From NCBI GenBank assembly GCA_016235085.1, contig JACRMA010000046.1, forward strand, positions 550 through 50,764: 50,215 nucleotides of DNA. The letters run 5' to 3'. The stretch comes from Candidatus Zixiibacteriota bacterium (GTDB taxonomy: Bacteria; Zixibacteria; MSB-5A5; WJJR01). The notes beneath the pieces were generated by a model. That model was not told the origin of the DNA, ran no database searches, and saw only the letters and a list, made by a program, of their open reading frames with translations. This document shows positions 29,584-38,228 of this stretch, piece by piece (within the stretch, counting starts at the first letter, position 1; each line of letters opens with the position of its first letter). The translations under genes and the position numbers were made by a program.

Positions 29584-31266
29584 GCCATCGGTCGTGTAAT
29601 GAACAATGTACTCACCCTTGTCGAGCAGAATGGTCTGGTCCACAGAACGGTTCTTCTCGGCGCCGCCGGCATGGACCGTTTTCCGGTAGGTCATTTCCCA
29701 AACAACGTCACCGGTGAGATCGTTTTCGATCCAGCCATAGTCGGCCATCCCGCCCCTCGTCCCCTCCCCCACCGCGTGAATGTGAACACGCGTCGGAGAA
29801 GTCAGCGAGAATGAAGTCTTCCGTTCTTCGTCGTCGCGCAGATGCGTGATTTCGGCCAAGACGTTGGGCTTCGCGATATCAGTTTGCGCGATGGAAACGA
29901 CCTGGACGGTTGCCCCGGCGGAATCGCCCCTGTAGATGGTCACACCGTACGATTTCTGATCATAGGGCGGGTCTGAGTTCCAGCCTCCGCCGTAGGAGTG
30001 CGAGCCGTCGGACGCGTAGTAGACAACGTAATCGCCCGGATCGAAGGACACGACTCCGTCGAACAGCCGATTCTTATCAGCGCCACCGGCAGGCTGCGTG
30101 TTATCAGGTGTCATGGTCCAAATCTTGGCGGAACGGCCGGCACGGACGACCCAGGCATAGTCCGCCATGCGATCATTGAAACGATCTTCCTCGCCAATGC
30201 CGTAGATCCGCAGGCTGGACAGCCGTGAGACGCGGAACGCCGCGGACTTGAGTTCATTGTCGCCGATGCCGACCAAACGCACGAGCGCCTCCGGCTGGCG
30301 GGATTCGGTGTAGGGCCGGACTTTGGCGCGGTCGCCGGCCACAAGCGGAATGATCTGAAGTCCCCAGGCATCGGGATCGTACGGAGGATCGGCGTTCCAG
30401 CCATCGGGCGTATGCGAGTCGTCGGTGACGTAGAATGCCACGTAGTCGCCGGCTTTGAGGTGGACGCGATCGCGGAAGCGGCGATTCTTCTCAGCCCCTC
30501 CCGCCCAATCGGTGTTCCGTCCGTCCATCTCCCACACGTGATTTCGATTACGGGCGTCGATGATCCATCCCCAGTCGACCATATGGTCGTTCGACTCGGA
30601 GTATTCACCCACCGAGTAGACCTGGAAATCGGCGTCGGACGACAGGGAAAACCCCTTACTCAAGTAGGCGTTTTCTCCGGGTTGCAGCAGACTGACCACG
30701 GGCGTTGTAGAAGTTGGAGACGCCACGGTGGCCAGAGCGTTCGCGTCGCCGGTGAGTCGGACAAAACACTTTTCGGTCAATTCCGTGCCGAAGCGGGAGT
30801 CTTTAATATCCTTGCGGTGGTCATTGAGCCAGCGTCCCAGCGCCTTGAGGGCTTGGGAGAGACTTTCGAAATCTGCCCTTCCATCCAGGAAGCCGGGCCG
30901 CCCCGCGTAGAAGTAGAGTTCGTACGTTCCCGGTTTGAGGTTGGTCTTCTCGTCGTATCGCCGCAGCCACTTTGAATCTCTGATACCGCTGGTGATTTCT
31001 TCGTCCATTGACCACACCATGTCGCGCGTCTGGGCATCAATGATCCATGCGTAGGCGAACATGTGGTCGCTGCCCTCCCACTGGCCACCGACCGCTTCGA
31101 TCTGCACGGAGAGAGTCCTCTTAACAGCAAAGAATGTGGATTGGACTTCACCGGCAGCGACACGCTTGAGTTCGATTGTGGTGTCGTTGCCGACAGCGGA
31201 GGAGGGGGCGAAAAGGCAGATCGCGCTCAGAATTGCGATTGCGAACGTCCGTTTAAGCTCAACCAT
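29437..31266 (-). CDS. Secreted protein with four tandem ~130-aa beta-rich repeats, function unknown
   Basis: Signal peptide; repeats share GE, D[YW][GA]W, WxM, AGGAxKNR, GxY, DxSH, WNxxPPxD (first repeat degenerate). Confidence 0.8.
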   Translation of the reverse strand: MVELKRTFAIAILSAICLFAPSSAVGNDTTIELKRVAAGEVQSTFFAVKRTLSVQIEAVGGQWEGSDHMFAYAWIIDAQTRDMVWSMDEEITSGIRDSKWLRRYDEKTNLKPGTYELYFYAGRPGFLDGRADFESLSQALKALGRWLNDHRKDIKDSRFGTELTEKCFVRLTGDANALATVASPTSTTPVVSLLQPGENAYLSKGFSLSSDADFQVYSVGEYSESNDHMVDWGWIIDARNRNHVWEMDGRNTDWAGGAEKNRRFRDRVHLKAGDYVAFYVTDDSHTPDGWNADPPYDPDAWGLQIIPLVAGDRAKVRPYTESRQPEALVRLVGIGDNELKSAAFRVSRLSSLRIYGIGEEDRFNDRMADYAWVVRAGRSAKIWTMTPDNTQPAGGADKNRLFDGVVSFDPGDYVVYYASDGSHSYGGGWNSDPPYDQKSYGVTIYRGDSAGATVQVVSIAQTDIAKPNVLAEITHLRDDEERKTSFSLTSPTRVHIHAVGEGTRGGMADYGWIENDLTGDVVWEMTYRKTVHAGGAEKNRSVDQTILLDKGEYIVHYTTDGSHAFGDWNDTPPDDPAFWGIVVSRAEKPGDELRRWVPPLFSVTGLCGC

Positions 31267-31355
31267 CCTGCATCAACCTTCCTGATGACTCTCCGGCGTC
31301 GTTCCCTGACTGTCCCGGCAGCGCTGGCTTCCCTGCAGGGCAATCAGTAGCCAAA

Positions 31356-31381
31356 TACGGACAACAGCAGGGCAAGTTTCA
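31356..31381 (-). promoter_or_regulatory. SigW-type ECF promoter TGAAAC-N16-CGTA
   Basis: Minus strand TGAAAC TTGCCCTGCTGTTGTC CGTA, 90 nt upstream of the four-repeat gene. Confidence 0.7.
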
Positions 31382-31463
31382 TAAACCTTCACCCTGCAAG
31401 CAGATGCTGCCATTGCGCTCGTCGTAACCGGGTACAGACCGGCGAAACTGCTGCCGAAACCGG

Positions 31464-32816
31464 TTAGAAATCGGTCTGCCCGGTGAACCGGAATGACCCC
31501 AGGTGCATGGCCGGGGCGGAGATACAGCCGAGCGAATCCCACCAAGCGTTGATCAACTGGCGCTCCGCCGAGAGCGCCTTGACCGACCCGAAGGCACGCA
31601 GAATGCTGTCAGTGAAGCGCAGGTTCTTCACTCCGCCTTTGAGACGTCCCTTCTTGATCTGCATGAGGCCATCGCGGGTCATCCCGGTCAACACCGCATG
31701 TGGGGTGTCGATGAAGCCGTTGATGTAGTGGAACCGAGTGACCAAAAGCCCATTCTCCACATTCGCGATCATTTCGGGCAGTGAGGATTTGCCGGCTTGC
31801 ACGAATACGTTGAGGGCCAATCCGCCTTCTCCGGAAGCATCCGGAGTCAGCGCATGACCGGTGGATTCGCACCCGCCTCGGACTGCAGTAATCGAGTCGT
31901 AGACGACCCCTTTGGCCACGCCGTTCGTGATGAGTTCCACCTTGCGTTTGGGAACACCTTCAAAATCGAACGGGAATGCGATGGCCGTGGGGTCCGTACC
32001 GTCGTCGTAAATCGTGACCGCGTCGCCGGTGATCTTCTCGCCGAGGCGTCCAGCCATGAAGGATGTGTTTTCCTGGAACGGCTTTGAACCGAAGCCGATG
32101 TAGTTGACCCATTCGATCAGCGAAGCGACCGCCGCCGGCTCGAGGATGACCTCGTATTCGCCGGGGGGCATTTCCACGGGATTGGCGCAACGCACGGCCC
32201 GGTCAACCGCCCTGCCCGCGATGGCGCGGAAATCCAAATCCTCGACGTTGCGGGACAGTCCCTCGGCGTAACCGGATGACGTCGCACCCATGGCGATGAC
32301 ATTCACGGAGGAACTGGAGATACGCTGGTAGGCGTTGACGCCGAGCGTATTGACCACCGCAAGTTCACCGGATCCGCTCGAGAGCGAACCCGCCACGGTG
32401 CAATTCTTGCGGCCGGCCCGGTCGATGATGGACTTCACTTTCATCGCCCGCTGGCGCGGGGTGAACTTCGCAGTTCCGTCGAAGAACGTGTCGATGTTCG
32501 GATAGGCGGCCGGTTTGGGCAAAGTGACGAAGTGCGGATTCTCCCGTTGGACTTTGGCAATCTTCGCCGCGCTCTTGTAGGCGCGCTTGAGATCGGCGCC
32601 GGTGAATGAATTGGTGGAGGCGACCCCAAGCTTCTTCCCTATCGCGACCCGGAAGTAGACCTTGCTCTGCGTCTCGGCGACATTCTGATGGATCGTGGAA
32701 TTCGCGAACCGTGTGAGTCCGGATTCGGAGCCGAGGAAGACAGCATCGGCTTGATCGCCCAGATTCAGATCGAGTGCCACTTTCAACATGCTATGGATTT
32801 TATCGGTGCCGATCAT
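31464..32816 (-). CDS. tldE: TldE/PmbA family protein
   Basis: TRFANSTIHQN, YEVILEPAAV, FDFEG, STGHA, LTGMTRDG, NLRFT; no HExxxH; overlaps the tldD stop. Confidence 0.85.
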   Translation of the reverse strand: MIGTDKIHSMLKVALDLNLGDQADAVFLGSESGLTRFANSTIHQNVAETQSKVYFRVAIGKKLGVASTNSFTGADLKRAYKSAAKIAKVQRENPHFVTLPKPAAYPNIDTFFDGTAKFTPRQRAMKVKSIIDRAGRKNCTVAGSLSSGSGELAVVNTLGVNAYQRISSSSVNVIAMGATSSGYAEGLSRNVEDLDFRAIAGRAVDRAVRCANPVEMPPGEYEVILEPAAVASLIEWVNYIGFGSKPFQENTSFMAGRLGEKITGDAVTIYDDGTDPTAIAFPFDFEGVPKRKVELITNGVAKGVVYDSITAVRGGCESTGHALTPDASGEGGLALNVFVQAGKSSLPEMIANVENGLLVTRFHYINGFIDTPHAVLTGMTRDGLMQIKKGRLKGGVKNLRFTDSILRAFGSVKALSAERQLINAWWDSLGCISAPAMHLGSFRFTGQTDF

Positions 32817-34255
32817 TGGCCCACCCCCACCATGACATTACGGAAACGCGCCGGCGACGCACCATGCGCCACGCGCGCGGTCTGCATCGGTTCCCCTTTG
32901 CCGCAATTCGGCACACCCCAGATGTGCCAACTGTCGCGATTGCAGATCGCATCGCAGGAGTTCCAGAACTCCGGTGTGATGCCGGTGTAGACCGGGTTTT
33001 TGTACAACTGTCCCTTCTTGCCGCCACGGATTTCCCAGGCGGCTTCGAGGCCGAACTGGAAGTTGAGCCGCTGGTCATCGATTGACCACGACTTGTTGGT
33101 GTCCAACAGCAGGGCGCCATCCGAGTCGGCCAGCAGGTCGCTGTAAACGGCCGTGCCCGGCTCCAGATTGATGTTGGTCATGCGAATCAGCGGCAGACGG
33201 TTCCAGCCGTCGGCCCGCATCGTACCGTTCGACCGCTCACCCAGAATGGGCGCGGTTTCGCGCGAGGTCAGATAACCAACGAACATGCCCTCGCGCACCA
33301 GATCAAAGCGCTGGGCTTGGACTCCCTCGTCATCGTATCCGAAGGAACCCAAACCGCCCGGACAAGTCGCATCGGCGACGATGTTGACGATCTTGGAGCC
33401 ATAACGAAGTTTGCCACGCTTATCGAGTGTCAGAAAGCTCCCGCCGGCCAGCGAGATTTCGGTGCCAAGAACCCGGTCGAGTTCAGTCGGGTGGCCACAG
33501 GACTCATGAACCTGGAGTGCCATTTGCGAGGAATCAATGATGATCGTCCGCGGACCCGACGGGCAAACCGGCGCGGTCAGAAGCGCGACGGCTTCCTCCC
33601 GGACGCGCTCGGCGTGATCGAGGAGTTTCATCCGTTCGATCAGTTCGTAGCCGCCGGTCCCGAAGTCACCCCGGTGGGAATTGGGATACGAGCGCCGTTG
33701 GACCTCGCCCGACTCAACAGCAGTCGCCGTGTACCCGGCTCCACTCTCGGTGATCAACTGCTCGATGTCCGCACCTTCAGTTGACAGGAACATCTTCTCA
33801 GTTCGGTAGAAGTCCATTGAGGATTCGGCGACGCGAACTTTGGATCCTTTGGTGAGGATCTTGTTGACGCCAAGAAGCAAATCGAGTTTCCGCGCGAGTT
33901 TTACCTCGAAAGGATCAGTGACCACCGTGGTTTCGTAGCGGTCCACGAATGGTTCGACGTCGGCCAGTTTGACTTTCTCACGCTGGGTCAAGGCGCTGGC
34001 TTTGGCGATTTGCAGGGCGCGGTTGGCGACTTTGCGCATTTCGCCCTGAGTGCAAATGGCGGAGGATGCGAACCCCCACGCGCCATCGGCCAGGACGCGA
34101 ATGCCGAACCCCTGGCTGACATCATGTGCCAGCGTGTCGACGGTTTCATTGGTGACCTTGATATTCTCTGTGGTCGTGCGGACATACCGGATATCGCCAT
34201 AGGACGCACCCTTGGATTTCAGGTAGTCGATGGCAATTTTCAGCCTGTCTTTCAT
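32813..34255 (-). CDS. tldD: TldD family metalloprotease
   Basis: GFGIRVLADGAWGFASS, HESCGHPTELDR, YDDEG, RMTNINL, CGKGEP. Confidence 0.92.
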   Translation of the reverse strand: MKDRLKIAIDYLKSKGASYGDIRYVRTTTENIKVTNETVDTLAHDVSQGFGIRVLADGAWGFASSAICTQGEMRKVANRALQIAKASALTQREKVKLADVEPFVDRYETTVVTDPFEVKLARKLDLLLGVNKILTKGSKVRVAESSMDFYRTEKMFLSTEGADIEQLITESGAGYTATAVESGEVQRRSYPNSHRGDFGTGGYELIERMKLLDHAERVREEAVALLTAPVCPSGPRTIIIDSSQMALQVHESCGHPTELDRVLGTEISLAGGSFLTLDKRGKLRYGSKIVNIVADATCPGGLGSFGYDDEGVQAQRFDLVREGMFVGYLTSRETAPILGERSNGTMRADGWNRLPLIRMTNINLEPGTAVYSDLLADSDGALLLDTNKSWSIDDQRLNFQFGLEAAWEIRGGKKGQLYKNPVYTGITPEFWNSCDAICNRDSWHIWGVPNCGKGEPMQTARVAHGASPARFRNVMVGVGQ

Positions 34256-34348
34256 TAACCCTCCCGTGAAAGAGCGGCCGTGTCAGTGCACGGCGGGGGA
34301 AACTAACGCCCCGCTGTCGTCGGAGTCAACACGCCTGAAAGTGGGGGT

Positions 34349-35260
34349 TTAGGCCATTGGGCGGATCGGCCTTGCGGCACCTGCTGTCGCAATGCGGGCG
34401 CATTCGAGAAGGTTGGAGCTTCTCACCCAGGAGGCAATCCAAAGTCCCGAAAAGGTGTCGCCACATCCAGTGGGATCAGCGCCACGGGGACGATGGCCCG
34501 AGGGGAAGTGCCGCAGCCTCCACCTGCCTTTCCAGCGAGTCAGGCAGTAGGAACCGAGTGCACCGAGGGTGACCATCACACAACGGCACTTCATCGAAGC
34601 TATGATTTCATTGGTCCACTTCAAAACAGACTCGCTCGAGGCAGTTTGTCCCGATAGAGTCGCGAATTCCACCTCGTTCATTTGGAGGACATCCGCGCAG
34701 GGGAGGATGCGCCGCCAGCCCGTGGGCCGGCGCGCAAAACGGGTGGCATCGTGATGGCGTCCCAGAAGGTAGCTGTGGATGTCCATGTAGATCAGGCCTC
34801 TGTAATCACGGCGCAATCGTTCCAAAGCCCCGATCGTGATGTCGTTTCCGGAAATGAAATTCACCAGGATCAGTTCTGCAGTGAGTGCCGGGCGGAGATC
34901 GGAATACTTTAGAGGAGGAACCCTGTGAAGCAGCCGTTCGTGCCGCTCGTCGGCATTCTTGTAGCGCATCTCGCAGAGGTTACCGACACGCGCCATTGGC
35001 AACAGCCCGGACGTATCCACCTGCCGCAGGGTCTGCAACCATCGGCCGACCGGGCGCTGGGCATCGCGGCCAAGCCGGGCAATTGGAAGCACTGTCGCCT
35101 GCGCCGGTAGATGTTGTGCCAGCGCCGCGACATTGTACAGGATTCCACCCCAGCCACGGCGGTGCTGACCCTGCTCGGTCCAGACCTCATCGCGGTTGAT
35201 CGAACCGACGATGGCGATTCGTCCCGGTTTGGCTCGACTGACACGGACAGGCACGGACAT
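34349..35260 (-). CDS. PfkB/ribokinase-family carbohydrate kinase
   Basis: IVGSINRD, WGG, MNEVE, VTLGALG, DPTGCGDTF. Substrate unknown; located in the LPS gene run. Confidence 0.8.
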   Translation of the reverse strand: MSVPVRVSRAKPGRIAIVGSINRDEVWTEQGQHRRGWGGILYNVAALAQHLPAQATVLPIARLGRDAQRPVGRWLQTLRQVDTSGLLPMARVGNLCEMRYKNADERHERLLHRVPPLKYSDLRPALTAELILVNFISGNDITIGALERLRRDYRGLIYMDIHSYLLGRHHDATRFARRPTGWRRILPCADVLQMNEVEFATLSGQTASSESVLKWTNEIIASMKCRCVMVTLGALGSYCLTRWKGRWRLRHFPSGHRPRGADPTGCGDTFSGLWIASWVRSSNLLECARIATAGAARPIRPMA

Positions 35261-35272
35261 GCGCAAGGGCGA

Positions 35273-36337
35273 TTACTGTTGCGATTCGGATTCCGGAGTT
35301 GATGAACCGGCTGACGACACGACATGCCGCCACACGTCGTCGACGGAAATATGAGTTAGACATTCCAAGGGATGATCCTCGCGCCAGCACGAGTTCTTGT
35401 AGCAGGGTGAGCAGAAAACAGGATGCCTGATGGTCACCGCTACCGGAGAAAACGGTGCGACTTCGGCCGGGTCTCCGGGGCCGGATATCACCACGCAACG
35501 TGTTCCGACCGCGGCCGCGAGATGCGCGAGTCCGGAATCGTTGCCAAGGAACACCTGCGCACGCCGAATGATCTCGGCCGCAATCGCGAGATCGCCTGCT
35601 CCGGCAAGATTGCGGACTTCTCTCGGTGAACAGGAAACAGCCAATTCATCACACAGCCGGCTGTCTGCCCCTGCGCCGACCAAAACCACCTGGCCATGCA
35701 GTTCATCGATCCAGCGTGACGCAATCGCGGCGAAGTTCGGCAGCATCCACATCTTGTTGGGCTGGGCGGCTCCCGGCCCTATCGCCAATAGCGGGATCGA
35801 ACCATGCTCCCTCGTTCCTTCCATGAGCGCGTCGACTTGACGCGACGCCTCCGCCCCTGGTGCAAAGCGGAGTTGCCTCGAGAGTACGGCATTCGTCCAG
35901 CGCAGGGAGAGCAGGCTGAGGTATCCTTCGGCACGATGCGGACGGTGGCCATTGGGACCGTACGGAAGCGATCGCGTCAGCAAGAACCGTCTCGCATCCG
36001 CGGCGTGTCCGTAACGTGCCGGGATCCGCGCCAGCCAGAACATCAGCGCCGAACCGAACGACGTGGGCAGACAGAATGCGGCATCGAAGTGCTGATTCCG
36101 AAGCAATCTGGCGTTCTGCCGAATAGCGCTCCAGCCGTGCGCCCCGAGTGATTCATCGAGTTCAATCACTTCGTTGATCTCAGGCACCTGCCGGTACAGC
36201 GAGGCCAGCGGTGGCCGGCACAAACACGCGATGTGGGAAGCGGGCCCGGCATTCCGACGCAGCGACGTGAAGAACGGCAGCGCCATCACCGCATCGCCAA
36301 CCCAGTTCGGGGCGCGGACAACACACCGATCAGGCAT
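35273..36337 (-). CDS. waaF: Lipopolysaccharide heptosyltransferase II (GT9)
   Basis: RAPNWVGDAVMALP, GPGAA..KMW, GNDSGLAHLAAAVG, CSPC. Confidence 0.9.
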   Translation of the reverse strand: MPDRCVVRAPNWVGDAVMALPFFTSLRRNAGPASHIACLCRPPLASLYRQVPEINEVIELDESLGAHGWSAIRQNARLLRNQHFDAAFCLPTSFGSALMFWLARIPARYGHAADARRFLLTRSLPYGPNGHRPHRAEGYLSLLSLRWTNAVLSRQLRFAPGAEASRQVDALMEGTREHGSIPLLAIGPGAAQPNKMWMLPNFAAIASRWIDELHGQVVLVGAGADSRLCDELAVSCSPREVRNLAGAGDLAIAAEIIRRAQVFLGNDSGLAHLAAAVGTRCVVISGPGDPAEVAPFSPVAVTIRHPVFCSPCYKNSCWREDHPLECLTHISVDDVWRHVVSSAGSSTPESESQQ

Positions 36338-36340
36338 CGA

Positions 36341-37267
36341 TCATTCTCTCCACCGTCGATGAGTCCACAACCATTGGGATGGCGTCTTGCGGATGTGCGC
36401 TTCGAGCCGCTGGGCGATTTCGCCGGTGATCGCGCGAACGTCAGTTTCCTGGTTTCCCGTTGGAGAATACTCGATCGGCCCATCGACATGGGCGACGTAG
36501 CGGCCGCCATCGAGCCGTTCCAGAACACCAGTCAGCAAAGGACATCCGAACTTGAGTGCGAGAACCGCGGGGCCGCGCGGTGTCGACGCCGGACGTCCGA
36601 AGAATTCAACATCAATGCCCTCGGCGCCTGAATACTGATCCGCCAGGATCGCCACAAAGCGTTTGGCCTGGAGTGATTTCAGAATTCCCTTGGTCGCGAC
36701 CTGGGTGTGGATGATGCCGACGTCCATGGACGCACGGCATTGATTGTAGAGCCGGTCGACGAGGGGATTGCGTACGGGTTTGACAACGAAGTCGACCGCA
36801 TAGCCCATGGCGCGAATCCAGGCGCCGAGCAGTTCCCAGTTGCCGAAGTGTCCGGAGACGAGCAGGGCGCCTTTCCCCTGCTGGTGCGCCCACTCCAGCC
36901 AGGGTGCGGCCTCCCGACCGTCAATGCACTGCAGGAGATCTTCGTGCCGCAACTGAGTCAGGCGGAGAATCTCGAACGTCGTGCGTCCGAGGTTTCGGAA
37001 TGTCTCAGTGGCGATGGTCCCCGGCTCGATCGAGTTCTCGCTGTATCCGAGTGCCCTGCGGACATTGTCCTCCGCTATGGCGCGGCGGGATCGCCAGACG
37101 AAACCAACGAGTGATCCCAATGCCGCTCCTGCCCGGCTCGCCATGCTTGCAGGCAGGACATTGGCAATCCACCTGAGAATCAGAAGTGTGATGTACTCGA
37201 GACGATAGCGCACGATGGGCTCAGCGAGTAGCGGGTGGCGGTTCGTCTTCCTGAGTGGGAGATTCAC
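36341..37267 (-). CDS. lpxL: Lipid A late acyltransferase (LpxL/HtrB family)
   Basis: SGHFGNWE, ILADQ, VEFFG, PSQWLWTHRRW. Confidence 0.9.
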   Translation of the reverse strand: MNLPLRKTNRHPLLAEPIVRYRLEYITLLILRWIANVLPASMASRAGAALGSLVGFVWRSRRAIAEDNVRRALGYSENSIEPGTIATETFRNLGRTTFEILRLTQLRHEDLLQCIDGREAAPWLEWAHQQGKGALLVSGHFGNWELLGAWIRAMGYAVDFVVKPVRNPLVDRLYNQCRASMDVGIIHTQVATKGILKSLQAKRFVAILADQYSGAEGIDVEFFGRPASTPRGPAVLALKFGCPLLTGVLERLDGGRYVAHVDGPIEYSPTGNQETDVRAITGEIAQRLEAHIRKTPSQWLWTHRRWRE

Positions 37268-38228
37268 CCGGCTGTTCGTGGGCTCTTTCGAAGGGAGAGT
37301 ACAGCACGTCTTCGATTTTTTCCTGACGGTCCCAGTCGGCGAGTTTGAGCGCGGAGCGCCGGCGTTTCATCAAATACAGCACGATGAAGATCAATACGAG
37401 CAGAATCCAAAAGAGCACTGTATCGCCGAGAAACGCCGCCCAACTGTAGTTGTCTCTCAGATGCTTGGCGAATTCCTTCTGAAATGTGACGTAGTCAGCG
37501 CCGGTCGCCGCTTTGAATCCATCATTCCAGCCGCCGCCCTCCCGGAGGCTGCGGCCAAGGAGCATGAGACCTTCCCAGCCGTAGGTCTTGAGGAAATACC
37601 CCATGGCGAGGTACGACTCGGCATAGGCGAGCCGGGCTTTGGCATCCCGGAAGGAATTGACCCCATCGATATCCTCCAGCGCCAGCGCCTGGTCCATGAA
37701 CACCGCGCGCGCCACAACCCAGTCGTCACCGTATTTCCACTCGTGGGCAAATTGCTGGGCGTAACCCTCATTCATCCAACGGGGCGGGCGGTGATGGCCC
37801 ACTACCGCCTCGAAATGCAAGTGCGCCAGTTCATGAGACAAGACTTCGGGTATCGCTTGAGTGATGGGATAGTCGCGTGGGGAGCGCACCGCGATCAGGT
37901 TCTCATCGGCCACCGCACACGCAACTCCCCAATCCGGAAAGTGTCCGCCGACAATAGAATCGAATGATTGCGTCCGGCCGACAAAGATGACGCGCACCGT
38001 GTCGGGAAGCCAGACGCCGCTGGCACTTGCCATTTCCTGATGCGATTTGGTGAGGACCGCTACTGTCTGTCTGGCAAGGGCAGAGTCTGCTCCGGAGACG
38101 ACAATGGCGAAATGCGACTCGAAGGGATGGTCAAGCGCAGCCGACCGGGAGCCAATCATCAATAAGATGAAGGCCACGAGTGCCGCGGCCAGCCAGGGCA
38201 TCCGCGGATGGCCATCTGCGGCCATCAC
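37221..38228 (-). CDS. Peptidase MA-clan (gluzincin-like) membrane-anchored metalloprotease
   Basis: Signal peptide, HELAH plus PRWMNEGYA, LAYAES, C-terminal TM helix. Confidence 0.8.
   Translation of the reverse strand: MMAADGHPRMPWLAAALVAFILLMIGSRSAALDHPFESHFAIVVSGADSALARQTVAVLTKSHQEMASASGVWLPDTVRVIFVGRTQSFDSIVGGHFPDWGVACAVADENLIAVRSPRDYPITQAIPEVLSHELAHLHFEAVVGHHRPPRWMNEGYAQQFAHEWKYGDDWVVARAVFMDQALALEDIDGVNSFRDAKARLAYAESYLAMGYFLKTYGWEGLMLLGRSLREGGGWNDGFKAATGADYVTFQKEFAKHLRDNYSWAAFLGDTVLFWILLVLIFIVLYLMKRRRSALKLADWDRQEKIEDVLYSPFERAHEQPGESPTQEDEPPPATR

Noticed and set aside
31464-34255. tldD/tldE as part of a RiPP cluster
   Set aside because: No precursor peptide, YcaO or radical SAM gene nearby.
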